64,000 nt of DNA from Bacteroides uniformis (GTDB lineage: Bacteria > Bacillota_I > Bacilli_A > RFN20 > CAG-826), in NCBI GenBank assembly GCA_963641445.1, contig CAVIBR010000007.1, positions 2,525-66,524 on the forward strand, written 5' to 3'. Below, piece after piece: positions 22,336 to 31,687 of the stretch. The notes beneath the pieces are model-generated. The model was not told the DNA's origin, searched no databases, and saw only the letters and a list, made by a program, of their open reading frames with translations. Every line of letters starts with the position of its first letter. Within the stretch, counting starts at the first letter, position 1. The translations under genes were made by a program, and so were the position numbers.

Positions 22336-23264
22336 GCGATTTCAAAATATTAGAAGCAAAGGACAACTTCTATCAAACTTCTTTGTTCTTCCCAATGCCA
22401 GTTGCAATGGTTGGCACACTTGCGGAGAATGGAGAAACAAACCTAGGTCCTTATTCTTTGCTTGCTCCATATTATATTGCGGGCAAGAAATACTACGCGA
22501 TGATTCTAGAATGCCGTAACTCTTCTAACACAGCCCAAAATATTCTTAGAACAGGGAAATGCACACTTAATTTCATTCCTGACGACAAGAAATTATTCAA
22601 GGAAGCAGTAAGAATGGGTTGGCCAGGAGATACGACGGAAGAAAAAATGAAGAATTGTATCTTTGAACTCGAAGATGGCGAAATGGCTAAAGATCATCCA
22701 AATGAGAAATTCCCAAAAGTTGTAAAGCAATCTTTCCAAGTAATCGAATGCAGTTGGATGAGGGAATTAGATAACGCTCAAGATGACAAACCAGGCGAAT
22801 TAAACGGCTACCCTGAGCCATATCATGATTTCAATGGTATTACATCAAAATTTGGCGCTCATTTCATTCTTAGAATCGATCGTATTTTAATGAAAGAGAA
22901 ATATTACAACACGATCGTTAATGGCGTTACCGCTTCAGGATTCCCTAAAGTTCCAACCGATTTTGGTTACCGCGATTCCAAATATTTCTGGTGCTCAAGA
23001 TTCAAAAAACCTCACCCAGAACTTCTTCCGATGCGTGAAACATCAGTCTCTAGTGTTAGATATGCGGCAGAAAGACTTCAAACAGATGTCAAATTCACCG
23101 ATGATGCTTTAGCAAAACTTGTTAAGGTTCCAAGAATCTTCCTTCCAACAGCCTTAAAAGGATGCGTGAAATGGGCTGAAGAGCATAACGTTAAACTCAT
23201 AACGGCAAAAGAGATGGAAATCATCAACGATAAACGCGCAAAAGAGAAAGGAAAGGACAAATAA
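22332..23264 (+). CDS. flavin reductase-like domain protein with an uncharacterised C-terminal half
   Basis: The N-terminus FFPMPVAMVGTLAENGETNLGPYS resembles the FMN-binding split-barrel flavin reductase fold. ATGA overlap with the TetR gene. Confidence 0.5.
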   Translation: MSDFKILEAKDNFYQTSLFFPMPVAMVGTLAENGETNLGPYSLLAPYYIAGKKYYAMILECRNSSNTAQNILRTGKCTLNFIPDDKKLFKEAVRMGWPGDTTEEKMKNCIFELEDGEMAKDHPNEKFPKVVKQSFQVIECSWMRELDNAQDDKPGELNGYPEPYHDFNGITSKFGAHFILRIDRILMKEKYYNTIVNGVTASGFPKVPTDFGYRDSKYFWCSRFKKPHPELLPMRETSVSSVRYAAERLQTDVKFTDDALAKLVKVPRIFLPTALKGCVKWAEEHNVKLITAKEMEIINDKRAKEKGKDK

Positions 23265-24121
23265 TGAAACTAGTTATTGCAGGCGCATTCGGAAATTTAG
23301 GCGCCGATATTCTTAAAGCTGCTATAGCAAGAGGGGATGAGGTTGTTGCATTAGATATAAAGGAAAAGGACATTCCTTCAATCAAAGGAAAATATGTCTT
23401 TCATCAAATAGATGTTACTAAGCCTGAAACACTAAAAGGAACATGCGATGGTGCGGATGCGGTTATAACAACCGTTGGCTTAGTTAGTGCATCAAAAACA
23501 TTAAGCAACTATGACATCGATTTAAATGGTAATCTTAATCTTCTTGCTGAAGCTAAGAAAGCCGGTGTTAAAAAATTCGGTTACGTTTCGGTCATAAAAT
23601 GCGATACTGATCCAAGCGTTCCTATGCTTGAAGCGAAGCACCAATTCGAAGAAAAACTAAAAGAGTCAGGCCTAGAATATGTCATATATCGTCCAACAGG
23701 TTATTTCTATGACATTGCAAAAGTTTTCATGCCAATGATAGAAAAGGGCAAAGTTACTCTTTTAGGGCATAAGGATTATCCCGCTAACGTCATTGACACA
23801 AGCGATTTAGCAGAATTCATCCTCATCCATTTGAATGATACGAATAAAACATATAACGTTGGAGGAAACGAAACTTATACCTACAAGCAAATCGCTGAAA
23901 TGTTCTTTGAAGCAGCAGGCAAGAAAGTAAAAATATCTCGTGCTCCAGTCTTCCTTTTTGACTTGATCATTCGTAAAGCGGAGAAAGAAAATAATGGCAA
24001 AGGCCCAATCGTTCGTTTCTCTAAATGGACTCTTACTCATGATTTAGTCGGTGAAGACAAATATGGAAAACTTTCATTCAAAGAATACATTAAATCCCGT
24101 TACAAAAAGGAGGGAGAATAA
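23264..24121 (+). CDS. NAD(P)-binding NmrA/atypical SDR-like protein
   Basis: MKLVIAGAFGNLGADILKAAIARGDEVVALD is a Rossmann GxxGxxG motif. Confidence 0.7.
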   Translation: MKLVIAGAFGNLGADILKAAIARGDEVVALDIKEKDIPSIKGKYVFHQIDVTKPETLKGTCDGADAVITTVGLVSASKTLSNYDIDLNGNLNLLAEAKKAGVKKFGYVSVIKCDTDPSVPMLEAKHQFEEKLKESGLEYVIYRPTGYFYDIAKVFMPMIEKGKVTLLGHKDYPANVIDTSDLAEFILIHLNDTNKTYNVGGNETYTYKQIAEMFFEAAGKKVKISRAPVFLFDLIIRKAEKENNGKGPIVRFSKWTLTHDLVGEDKYGKLSFKEYIKSRYKKEGE

Positions 24122-24963
24122 TGGAACTCATTTGGATAGTAACAGGAATTCTAGCTGGAGTTGCAGCGATATGTTGCGCGATAGGCTTTGCTAAATTCGT
24201 TTACTTCATGTCTGTTGGCTATGGCTTTGCCGTGGCTGGAATGGCTATCTCCTTACTTGTAATGTCCTTAGTTGGATATATCCCAGCATTAGGGATCGCG
24301 GAATATGTCCTTGTTGCATTGCTAATCCTTTATGGCTGCAGGTTATCTGGATTCCTTTTATTTAGAGAAATCAAATCTGCTTCATATCGTAAAACTTTAG
24401 GAAATGTTGCAGGTAAAGCCGAAAAGAAAATGCCAATATTCGTCAAAGCAACGATTTGGATTTCAGTCGTAGTTCTCTATGTTTGCCAAATTGCTCCAAT
24501 TTCTTATAGAGCAATTGGTGGGGTTGATTATGCTACAACAAATAATATTCTTGATTTAGTTTTCCCGATTATTGGTGCGGCAATCATGGTTATTGCCTTA
24601 TTTATCGAATCGCTTGCTGATTATCAAAAATCCGCCGCAAAAAAAGTTAATCCAAATAGATTTGTCGACACTGGTTTGTATCGTTTCGTTCGTTGCCCAA
24701 ATTATTTAGGTGAGATTCTCTTCTGGACTGGCGTCCTTGTTAGCGGGGCTTCTGCTATGTCTTTCTGGTGGGAATGGGTTATTGCCGTCTTTGGCTGGAT
24801 CATGATTATCTATGTCATGTTATCTGGTGCAAAACGTCTAGAAAAAAGACAAATGAAAAATTATGGTAACGATCCTGAATATCAAGCCTACGTCAAAAAG
24901 ACCCCAATCCTCATGCATATAATTCCGATTAAGAGTTTACAAGGATGGAACTGGGTCAAATGA
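24121..24963 (+). CDS. DUF1295 / steroid 5-alpha-reductase-like membrane protein
   Basis: Multi-TM. C-terminal FVDTGLYRFVRCPNYLGEILFWTG motif. Confidence 0.65.
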   Translation: MELIWIVTGILAGVAAICCAIGFAKFVYFMSVGYGFAVAGMAISLLVMSLVGYIPALGIAEYVLVALLILYGCRLSGFLLFREIKSASYRKTLGNVAGKAEKKMPIFVKATIWISVVVLYVCQIAPISYRAIGGVDYATTNNILDLVFPIIGAAIMVIALFIESLADYQKSAAKKVNPNRFVDTGLYRFVRCPNYLGEILFWTGVLVSGASAMSFWWEWVIAVFGWIMIIYVMLSGAKRLEKRQMKNYGNDPEYQAYVKKTPILMHIIPIKSLQGWNWVK

Positions 24964-25706
24964 ACACGTTTATCAATTTCTTTCAAAAAGCCGCGGAAGA
25001 TACAAGTTATGCGGCAATATATGAATCTTCATCCTGGGCAATAATCCTTCAAGCTCTTTATGATTTAGTGCCAATAACGCTCTTCCTAGTTGGTGCAATA
25101 ATCCTTCAACGCTGTCTTTATAACAAGATGGTAAAAGGCAATTATGCCCTCTTTGCCGCTGGTTCAATTATGGTCTTTGCCGCTGGCTTCCTTAAAGCGA
25201 TGCATAAGCTAATAATTGGCATTAGTGGGTATACATACACCATTTTAGATAAGCAATTTACTTCAACTCAGTCAATTGGCTTTGCTTTGATGCTTATCGC
25301 TCTTATTGGAATGTTCACTAAATATAACAAGAAATACACTAAGGTTCAGGCCATAGGAACGTTTCCGTTTATTGCCACTGCTATTCTTGCTTCAACTGAT
25401 GGCTTGCCTGAATATAACAATACAATGCCATTTATCGTGATGATGATAATTGGTGCGGCCGGAAGTTTAGTCATGCTTGTTATCATTTCCATAAGAAGGA
25501 AAGACATCTTATCCGCAATATTCTTTGGGGTAGCTATCATCTTCATGGTTGCAATGGGCTATCTTTCTACTAAAGCCTCATTCAAAGCCAACTGGATTGC
25601 TATTTCCGTAAATATCGTTTATCAAGCGTTATTTATGCTAGGTACAATACGTCTTCAAAAAAGAGGCTTTATGGCAGAAGACGCCTTAGCAAAAGTTGCC
25701 GAATAA
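24960..25706 (+). CDS. polytopic membrane protein
   Basis: ATGA overlap with the previous gene. About 7 hydrophobic segments. Confidence 0.6.
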   Translation: MNTFINFFQKAAEDTSYAAIYESSSWAIILQALYDLVPITLFLVGAIILQRCLYNKMVKGNYALFAAGSIMVFAAGFLKAMHKLIIGISGYTYTILDKQFTSTQSIGFALMLIALIGMFTKYNKKYTKVQAIGTFPFIATAILASTDGLPEYNNTMPFIVMMIIGAAGSLVMLVIISIRRKDILSAIFFGVAIIFMVAMGYLSTKASFKANWIAISVNIVYQALFMLGTIRLQKRGFMAEDALAKVAE

Positions 25707-25768
25707 AAATCCAAATATCGAAAAAGAGCTGGCGAAAACCAGTTCTTTTCTTATGTTTGCTAATTCAA

Positions 25769-28090
25769 TCAATACGACGGAAGAGCTGCAACAACATCAA
25801 GAATTTGTTTGATTGTCATTCTTAAGACACTGTTAGCGTAACCACCATCTTCTTTGTTAGCAATCGCGCCAGCTGCAATCAATTGGTAGATGGTCGCATT
25901 CTCAATAACATTATTCGTATTGGAGTTAGATTCCAAATCGATATATTTATAATCAGATTGAACGTATTTGTTTGGTTTGCCGTTCGTTAGATCGTAATCA
26001 GTTACAGTGAAGCAAAGCAATCCAAGGAAGCCCGTATTTTTTGAAACGTAATAATCGCCAGTATAATCTCCATCCGTATCTAATGTGAATGTCACAAGGC
26101 CATTAGCATCAGTTCCTTTGACATAATGGTCATCAGGGAATGCCGCATTAGATGAATCTAGAGTGAAACATTGATCACCATAAAAATCATAAATATACAT
26201 GTCATTGATCTTTGTGCCAATGTTTGAAAGAGTTACGTCATCATCTTTACGTAAGGCATCGAGGATCTTATTACCTGTGTCTTCCTTTATAACGGTTGAT
26301 AAATGAACATTATCGAGCGAAAAACCTGAAAGGTCAGAAATTTTAATTTCTTCCTTGTTAATTCCCGTTGCATCTTGAAGAATATCAAATAAATTATCAT
26401 TCTCACCTAAGACAGTAAGTAAACGAACATTGTCGATATTAAAGCCATTAGATAAATCTCCAACAACCATATCATCGAAGGAGTTCTTTGTTGGGCATGC
26501 TTCAGTAAGAATATTAATTAATTTATCGTTCGTCCCCTCTGAGTCTTTTTTAATAACTAAGGAAAGCGGAACGTTGTCGATTTTGAAATTATTGAGATCA
26601 CTAAAGGTTAATTCTTCATATGATTTGTTGCTATCACCGCTGCAACCGCTAACGAGGATATCCTTTATATCACCACTTAAATTCGGCATAGCATCGCTAA
26701 TCTTGACTAGATTCATATCAAATGTGGAATTTAAGGTGCCGATTGTAAGGTCATCAAAGGAATCAGCCCCATAGCCTTTTACGAGTATATTTTTAAGGTT
26801 TTCGTCAAAATCAGTAATAATAATATTCAACGGAATTTCGTTAATATCAAAAGTTTCCTTATTCTTTAGATCATTCATGGAAATCAATTCATATTCTATG
26901 CCTGTCGCAGATGCAAGGATATCAGCAAGTTTTTCATTTCCTTCATAAGGTAATAATGTAGATAACTTAACCTTATCAATTTTAGCGTTCATGACGTCTG
27001 AAATGAGGATATCTTCTTCTTTCTTGCCGGTGGCGTCTACTAAAATACGATATAAATCTTCGTTGCTTTCGCCAGGTTCAACAATATCAACTAAATGAGC
27101 GTTATTGATATCAAGGGAGGAAAGATCTCCGACGGTTAATGTTTCAGGAGTTGGTTTTTCTTTCCCATCTTCTAATTTAATCGCTGAGCAAATGATATTG
27201 AACATTGAGCGATTGGTATCAGTGATCGCAATAAGATCGCATAAATGAACTGTATTTACATCAAAGGAGCCCATTCCTTCAATAGTATATCCATCAAAGA
27301 GTTTTTCAAAAATGGAATCCTTTTCAACGGTCGTAACCATTCTAATGACGTTAAGAACTTTCTCTTGGCCAATTCTATTTGGCAAAACATTGATTAATTC
27401 ATCAACAGGTATCTTTCTTAAAGCAGGATAATAAAGTGGTTTTCCGATAGCTTCTTCAACCATTTTCTTATCATCATCGAAAGCACGTCTAAGCGTTCCA
27501 TCATCATCGAGATAATAATACATGTAGGCTTTGAAAGATTCGCTTGTTGTGTCTATTTCTCCTTCGACCAATGTATTTTCATTCATGATGGAAAGATTTG
27601 CGAAATCACCAAGCAAGCTGCCTAAATTAAGCGTATCAACCGTGCAGATGATATCGATGCAGTTCTTGTATAAATATTCGAATGAGATTTTAGAAACATC
27701 AAAAGTTAAGGCATCAGCTAATTTGTCATAATCAACCGTGACATATTTATCAAGCCCTGCACTTGTAACTAATTTTTGAAGGGCTTCCTTGATTATTGGA
27801 AAATTAGAAACAGAATAGTTCTTATAATTCATTAAGAATTGCAAAAGAGTTTGATTAGACGTGTCTTCATCAACATATTTGCCATCTTTTCCAACATATG
27901 TGCTCATCGGAATAACGCAAACGCATACAGCGGCTACCGTTCCAGTGATTATAAAAGATGACATGAAACCGAAAAACCACCACCAAAAGTTTTTGAATCC
28001 TCTACAATGAGCAATCTCTTTAGCGCGTTTAATTTCACGCTCTTCTTTTTTAAAGGCCCTGGCCTGTTTTTTCTGTTCTTTAGTAAGCAT
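25769..28090 (-). CDS. membrane-anchored surface protein with ~8-9 tandem ~45-aa repeats
   Basis: N-terminal Lys-rich segment plus a TM helix (FWWWFFGFMSSFIITGTVAAVCVCVIPM). Repeats resemble L(T/K)(V/I)(G/S)DLSxFxIDNVxLSTVI. Confidence 0.8.
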   Translation of the reverse strand: MLTKEQKKQARAFKKEEREIKRAKEIAHCRGFKNFWWWFFGFMSSFIITGTVAAVCVCVIPMSTYVGKDGKYVDEDTSNQTLLQFLMNYKNYSVSNFPIIKEALQKLVTSAGLDKYVTVDYDKLADALTFDVSKISFEYLYKNCIDIICTVDTLNLGSLLGDFANLSIMNENTLVEGEIDTTSESFKAYMYYYLDDDGTLRRAFDDDKKMVEEAIGKPLYYPALRKIPVDELINVLPNRIGQEKVLNVIRMVTTVEKDSIFEKLFDGYTIEGMGSFDVNTVHLCDLIAITDTNRSMFNIICSAIKLEDGKEKPTPETLTVGDLSSLDINNAHLVDIVEPGESNEDLYRILVDATGKKEEDILISDVMNAKIDKVKLSTLLPYEGNEKLADILASATGIEYELISMNDLKNKETFDINEIPLNIIITDFDENLKNILVKGYGADSFDDLTIGTLNSTFDMNLVKISDAMPNLSGDIKDILVSGCSGDSNKSYEELTFSDLNNFKIDNVPLSLVIKKDSEGTNDKLINILTEACPTKNSFDDMVVGDLSNGFNIDNVRLLTVLGENDNLFDILQDATGINKEEIKISDLSGFSLDNVHLSTVIKEDTGNKILDALRKDDDVTLSNIGTKINDMYIYDFYGDQCFTLDSSNAAFPDDHYVKGTDANGLVTFTLDTDGDYTGDYYVSKNTGFLGLLCFTVTDYDLTNGKPNKYVQSDYKYIDLESNSNTNNVIENATIYQLIAAGAIANKEDGGYANSVLRMTIKQILDVVAALPSY

Positions 28091-28231
28091 ATCTAATTAT
28101 AACCATATTGAAGTGTTTTTTTCAATTTAAGGCACTACAAATTATAACGCTAATTATGATATGTGAAGTTACAGTTAGCTATTCGTTAGCTAGTTTTTAT
28201 CAATTAATCTTTGTATGTATTCCTAAAATAG

Positions 28232-28580
28232 TCATTTCAATCGTGAACGAGTTTTTATTTCCTCATCCAACTCTTTTTTTGCATCGTAATAAAACGACAT
28301 TACATCAGGATCGTTTTCTTCATATAGTTTTAGCTGAGACTCTTTAACAAAATCGATTCCACCAAGATGGCCACTACCACAATCTTCCCTTATGTTGGAG
28401 ACAACGTAAATATAGCCTTTTTTAATAAGAAATTCTTTTTTTGTATGAACTTAAAAAACTGCATCCTGAAGTTAAATCGAAGACTATGTAGAGCGGTTCA
28501 ACATTAAAATCAAAAGCTGTAGCAAAGGATGAATCTTCCCTATAAATTACCGGATCGCCTACTTTCAATTTCATATTCAT
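28232..28580 (-). pseudogene. small gene split by a +1 frameshift in an A7 homopolymer
   Basis: MNMKLKVGDPVIY...SSYKK | EFLIKKGYIYVVSNIREDCGSGHLGG...TRSRLK. Deleting one A of the run (plus-strand T7 at 28436-28442) restores a 115-aa ORF. Confidence 0.5.
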
Positions 28581-28716
28581 CCTTTAGAATAAATCTACTG
28601 GATTCAATTTTCATCTCTTCCAAGTAAAATTTCAATCTGCTTATTAAACGTCCATTTAAAATCGTTCGAGCAACGATTTGCAAACCAAATTAAAGCTTTA
28701 AAGGCGCTTAAAGAAC

Positions 28717-28739
28717 AAAAAAACATCCCTTTCAGGATG
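28717..28739 (-). terminator. terminator after the tRNA cluster
   Basis: On the minus strand CATCCT-GAAA-GGGATG followed by T7. Confidence 0.7.
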
Positions 28740-28752
28740 AATCTAGCATTGT

Positions 28753-28841
28753 TGGTGCCCGAGGCCGGAGTCGAACCGGCATGGGTTATTCGCCCGAAGG
28801 ATTTTAAGTCCTTTGCGTCTACCATTTCGCCACTCGGGCAC
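28753..28841 (-). tRNA. tRNA-Leu (anticodon UAA)
   Basis: Hand-folded: GCCCGAG acceptor, anticodon loop CTTAAAA, long variable arm, GGTTCGACTCC T-arm, encoded CCA. Confidence 0.85.
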
Positions 28842-28849
28842 TAATTGTT

Positions 28850-28924
28850 TGGTCCCCCGTGAGAGACTTGAACTCTCGACCCCTTGATTAAAAGTCAAGT
28901 GCTCTACCACTGAGCTAACGGAGG
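28850..28924 (-). tRNA. tRNA-Lys (anticodon UUU)
   Basis: CCTCCGT acceptor, GCTCAGTGGTAGAGC D-arm, loop CTTTTAA, GAGAGTTCAAGTCTCTC T-arm, CCA. Confidence 0.85.
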
Positions 28925-28931
28925 AGGTTAT

Positions 28932-29006
28932 TGGCTGGGGTGACTGGGATCGGACCAGTGTATGACAGAGTCAAAGTCTGTTGCCTTACCGCTTGGCTAC
29001 ACCCCA
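28932..29006 (-). tRNA. tRNA-Gln (anticodon UUG)
   Basis: TGGGGTG acceptor, anticodon stem ACAGA/TCTGT with loop CTTTGAC, T-arm ACTGGTCCGATCCCAGT, CCA. Confidence 0.8.
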
Positions 29007-29020
29007 AGGAACCAAAGAGA

Positions 29021-29104
29021 TGGTGGGCGAAGATGGATTTGAACCACCGAACCCGAAGGAGCTGATTTACAGTCAGCCGCGTTTGGCCACTTCGCTATTC
29101 GCCC
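29021..29104 (-). tRNA. tRNA-Tyr (anticodon GUA)
   Basis: GGGCGAA acceptor, loop CTGTAAA, long variable arm, GGTGGTTCAAATCCATC T-arm, CCA. Confidence 0.85.
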
Positions 29105-29136
29105 AAATTTCAGTCATGCACATTTTTACTAAGAGA

Positions 29137-29213
29137 TGGTGGATGCTATAGGGTTCGAACCTACGACCCCCGCCTTGTAAGGGCGATGCTCTCCCGCTGA
29201 GCTAAGCATCCAC
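29137..29213 (-). tRNA. tRNA-Val (anticodon UAC)
   Basis: GTGGATGC...GCTCAGCGGGAGAGC D-arm, loop CTTACAA, GTAGGTTCGAACCCTAT T-arm, CCA. Confidence 0.85.
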
Positions 29214-29346
29214 ATGGTGCTCGCTTAAAACGTGCTTGACTATTATACTTAACGACTATTTTTAAGTCAATCAAATATCGTAAATTTTTTAAGATTTTTT
29301 TCGAAGGCCCTTAAAATGCCTTAAATACGGAATTTTCTAGAAAGAA

Positions 29347-30633
29347 TCAATAACCAGGTTTGCCTAAAAGATGGAACATATTGCGCTTATAGACTTCGAC
29401 ACCAGGTTGGTTAAATGGGTTGATTCCTAAGAGGTATGCAGACATCGCGCAGGCTTTTTCAAACCAGTAGAAGAGATAACCAAGGTTATAGGCATTCATT
29501 CTATCTAATTCAAGAACAATGTTATTGTTTCCGCCAACTTTTGTATGTGCTTCAAGAGTGCCTTCAAAGGCTTTATCTTGAACGCTTCCTAAACCCATTC
29601 CCTCAACGAAATTCAAGTTATCAAGATTTTCTTCATCATGAGGAACTTTGATCCAATGACGGTGATGAGTTAAATGCAATGTCGTTTCAAAGAAGGAATG
29701 CGTGCCTTCTTGAATGAATTGACCTAAAGAATGTAAATCGGTCGTGAATGTTGCAGAATCTGGCAATAAGCCTTTTCCGCACTTTCCTTCTGATTCACCA
29801 AATAATTGTTTCCACCACTCACCAAGTTGAACAAATGATGGGACATAGGTAATAAAGAATTCTGCGGTCTTTCCGTATTTTGCATACATTGCGTGTCTTG
29901 CAACGGCATACTTATATGCTTCATTCTTTTCTAAGGATGGATCCATCGTATCTAAACGAGCTTGGGCTGATCCAGCAAGAATTTCATCAGGAGAGATTCC
30001 CGCAACAGCAATAGGAAGTAAGCCAACAGCTGTTGTAACGGAATATCTTCCACCGATATCATCAGGGATGACAAACATCTCGTATCCTTCTTTTTTAGCA
30101 AGGGTGAATAAGGCACCTTTTTGCTTATCTGTTGTAGCAAAGATTGCTTTTCTTGCCGCTTCAACTCCGTCTCTTTGTTCAAGTAATGTTCTTAATAAAC
30201 GGAAAGAGACGCTTGTCTCGATTGTCGTGCCTGATTTAGAAATGACATTGACAGCAAATTTCTTGTTAGCAAGGTATTCAATGCTTTCTTGAATATAGGT
30301 AGGATCCAAGCTTTGTCCAAGATAAATGATTTCTGGCTTATTTGAACGGAAAGTTCCTTTGATAGCTTCGATTGCAGCTCTTGCGCCAAGATAGGATCCA
30401 CCAATTCCACAAACAACTAGAATGTCATAGTTATTACGGATATATTCAGCGGATTTCTTGATTCTTTCTAATTCTTCTTTATCGTAATTGATTGGCCAAT
30501 CTAACCAGCCAAGGAAATCATTCCCTTCGCCAGTGCGGTTGTTGATAACCTCGTTTATTTCATTAACACGAGTTTGGTATTCAGAGAAATCGACTTTGTC
30601 TACTAAATGGTCTAATTTTGTCTCGATGATCAT
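29347..30633 (-). CDS. pgi: glucose-6-phosphate isomerase
   Basis: Bacillus-type PGI motifs: GIGGSYLGARA, ISKSGTTIET, DDIGGRYSV, GESEGK. ATG at 30633 overlaps the upstream stop. Confidence 0.9.
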   Translation of the reverse strand: MIIETKLDHLVDKVDFSEYQTRVNEINEVINNRTGEGNDFLGWLDWPINYDKEELERIKKSAEYIRNNYDILVVCGIGGSYLGARAAIEAIKGTFRSNKPEIIYLGQSLDPTYIQESIEYLANKKFAVNVISKSGTTIETSVSFRLLRTLLEQRDGVEAARKAIFATTDKQKGALFTLAKKEGYEMFVIPDDIGGRYSVTTAVGLLPIAVAGISPDEILAGSAQARLDTMDPSLEKNEAYKYAVARHAMYAKYGKTAEFFITYVPSFVQLGEWWKQLFGESEGKCGKGLLPDSATFTTDLHSLGQFIQEGTHSFFETTLHLTHHRHWIKVPHDEENLDNLNFVEGMGLGSVQDKAFEGTLEAHTKVGGNNNIVLELDRMNAYNLGYLFYWFEKACAMSAYLLGINPFNQPGVEVYKRNMFHLLGKPGY

Positions 30634-30992
30634 ATTTTTTCCTCTTTTTGATTTTCCTTTTCGATCCAATGTGGCAAGGCCTCTAAAAGGGCCTTGCAGG
30701 AGATATTTTCATCTTTCACACGCATACGTGCAATAGATTCCCTACGTTCACTTCCGGTAAGCGCTTTCAAGGAAACCCTCATTGAAGGACCTTCTTCATC
30801 AAAGGAAATAACTTTTACTTTGTAGATATTTCCTGTCTTCACATAATCGGTGAACGAACGGATGTAGTGATTTGAAACTTCGGATATATGAAGCAATCCG
30901 GTTAAGCCATCATCGAAAAGGAGAATGGCATAACGGGGGTAAACTTTAACTACCGTCCCCTCAATAACATCTCCAACTTTTACTTTCATCAT
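30630..30992 (-). CDS. S1 RNA-binding domain protein (YugI/GSP13-like)
   Basis: VGDVIEGTVVKVYPRYAILLFDDGLTGLLHISEVS is an S1 fold motif. Confidence 0.75.
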   Translation of the reverse strand: MMKVKVGDVIEGTVVKVYPRYAILLFDDGLTGLLHISEVSNHYIRSFTDYVKTGNIYKVKVISFDEEGPSMRVSLKALTGSERRESIARMRVKDENISCKALLEALPHWIEKENQKEEKI

Positions 30993-30994
30993 AA

Positions 30995-31684
30995 TTATTC
31001 ATCCAAAATGTCAATATCATGCTCGAAAGTAACCTTGATATTGATATTGTCTCCAATAACAAGTTTTGGTTGTACTCCTAAGGCGTTAAGAACTAAAGAA
31101 CCTTCATCCGTATATGATGCTAGGGAATATTTTTCTTTCTCAAAGGCCTCATCAATTAAAGCAAATTTAAATGCTTGTGGTGTTTGAACAAGATAGACGA
31201 TTTTTCTATCAGCGTATTTCGAAACGCTGTCTTTGTCTTCGGAAATAGCTACTGAATCTGTTGCAGGTGCAGCAAGAATGCAAGCGCCAGCCTCTTCTGC
31301 TGCAAGGATGCATTTTTCAATCGATGATCTAGCAACAAGAGGTCTATCTCCATCATGAATCAAAACGATTGATTCTGGATTAGTATCATGCTCTTTGAGA
31401 TATTTGATCGCTTCGTAGGCTGATTCTTCTCTACTCGCTCCGCCAGGAATAACAACACATCTTTTTCCGATTTCTTTCAAAACCACGGAAAGAGTATGAG
31501 ATTCATATCCTTCAGGAACAACGAAAACGAAATCATCGATTGATGAAATCGAAGCAAACGTTTTAGCACAATAAAGGAATAATTCCTGGTTATTCACTTT
31601 GATAAATTGTTTAGGGGTCTCAGAGGAAAATCTCTCGCCCTTCCCGCCCATTAATATGACGGCAATATTTTTCTTTTCTTCCAT
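30995..31684 (-). CDS. ispD: 2-C-methyl-D-erythritol 4-phosphate cytidylyltransferase (IspD/TarI family)
   Basis: AVILMGGKGERF...PKQF, VLIHDGDRP, VQTPQAF motifs. Confidence 0.8.
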   Translation of the reverse strand: MEEKKNIAVILMGGKGERFSSETPKQFIKVNNQELFLYCAKTFASISSIDDFVFVVPEGYESHTLSVVLKEIGKRCVVIPGGASREESAYEAIKYLKEHDTNPESIVLIHDGDRPLVARSSIEKCILAAEEAGACILAAPATDSVAISEDKDSVSKYADRKIVYLVQTPQAFKFALIDEAFEKEKYSLASYTDEGSLVLNALGVQPKLVIGDNINIKVTFEHDIDILDE

Positions 31685-31687
31685 AAA

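Noticed and set aside
28108-28347. 79-aa plus-strand ORF upstream of the repeat-protein gene
   Set aside because: No SD and a hydrophobic low-complexity translation. The opposite strand holds the frameshifted 115-aa gene, which explains the region better.
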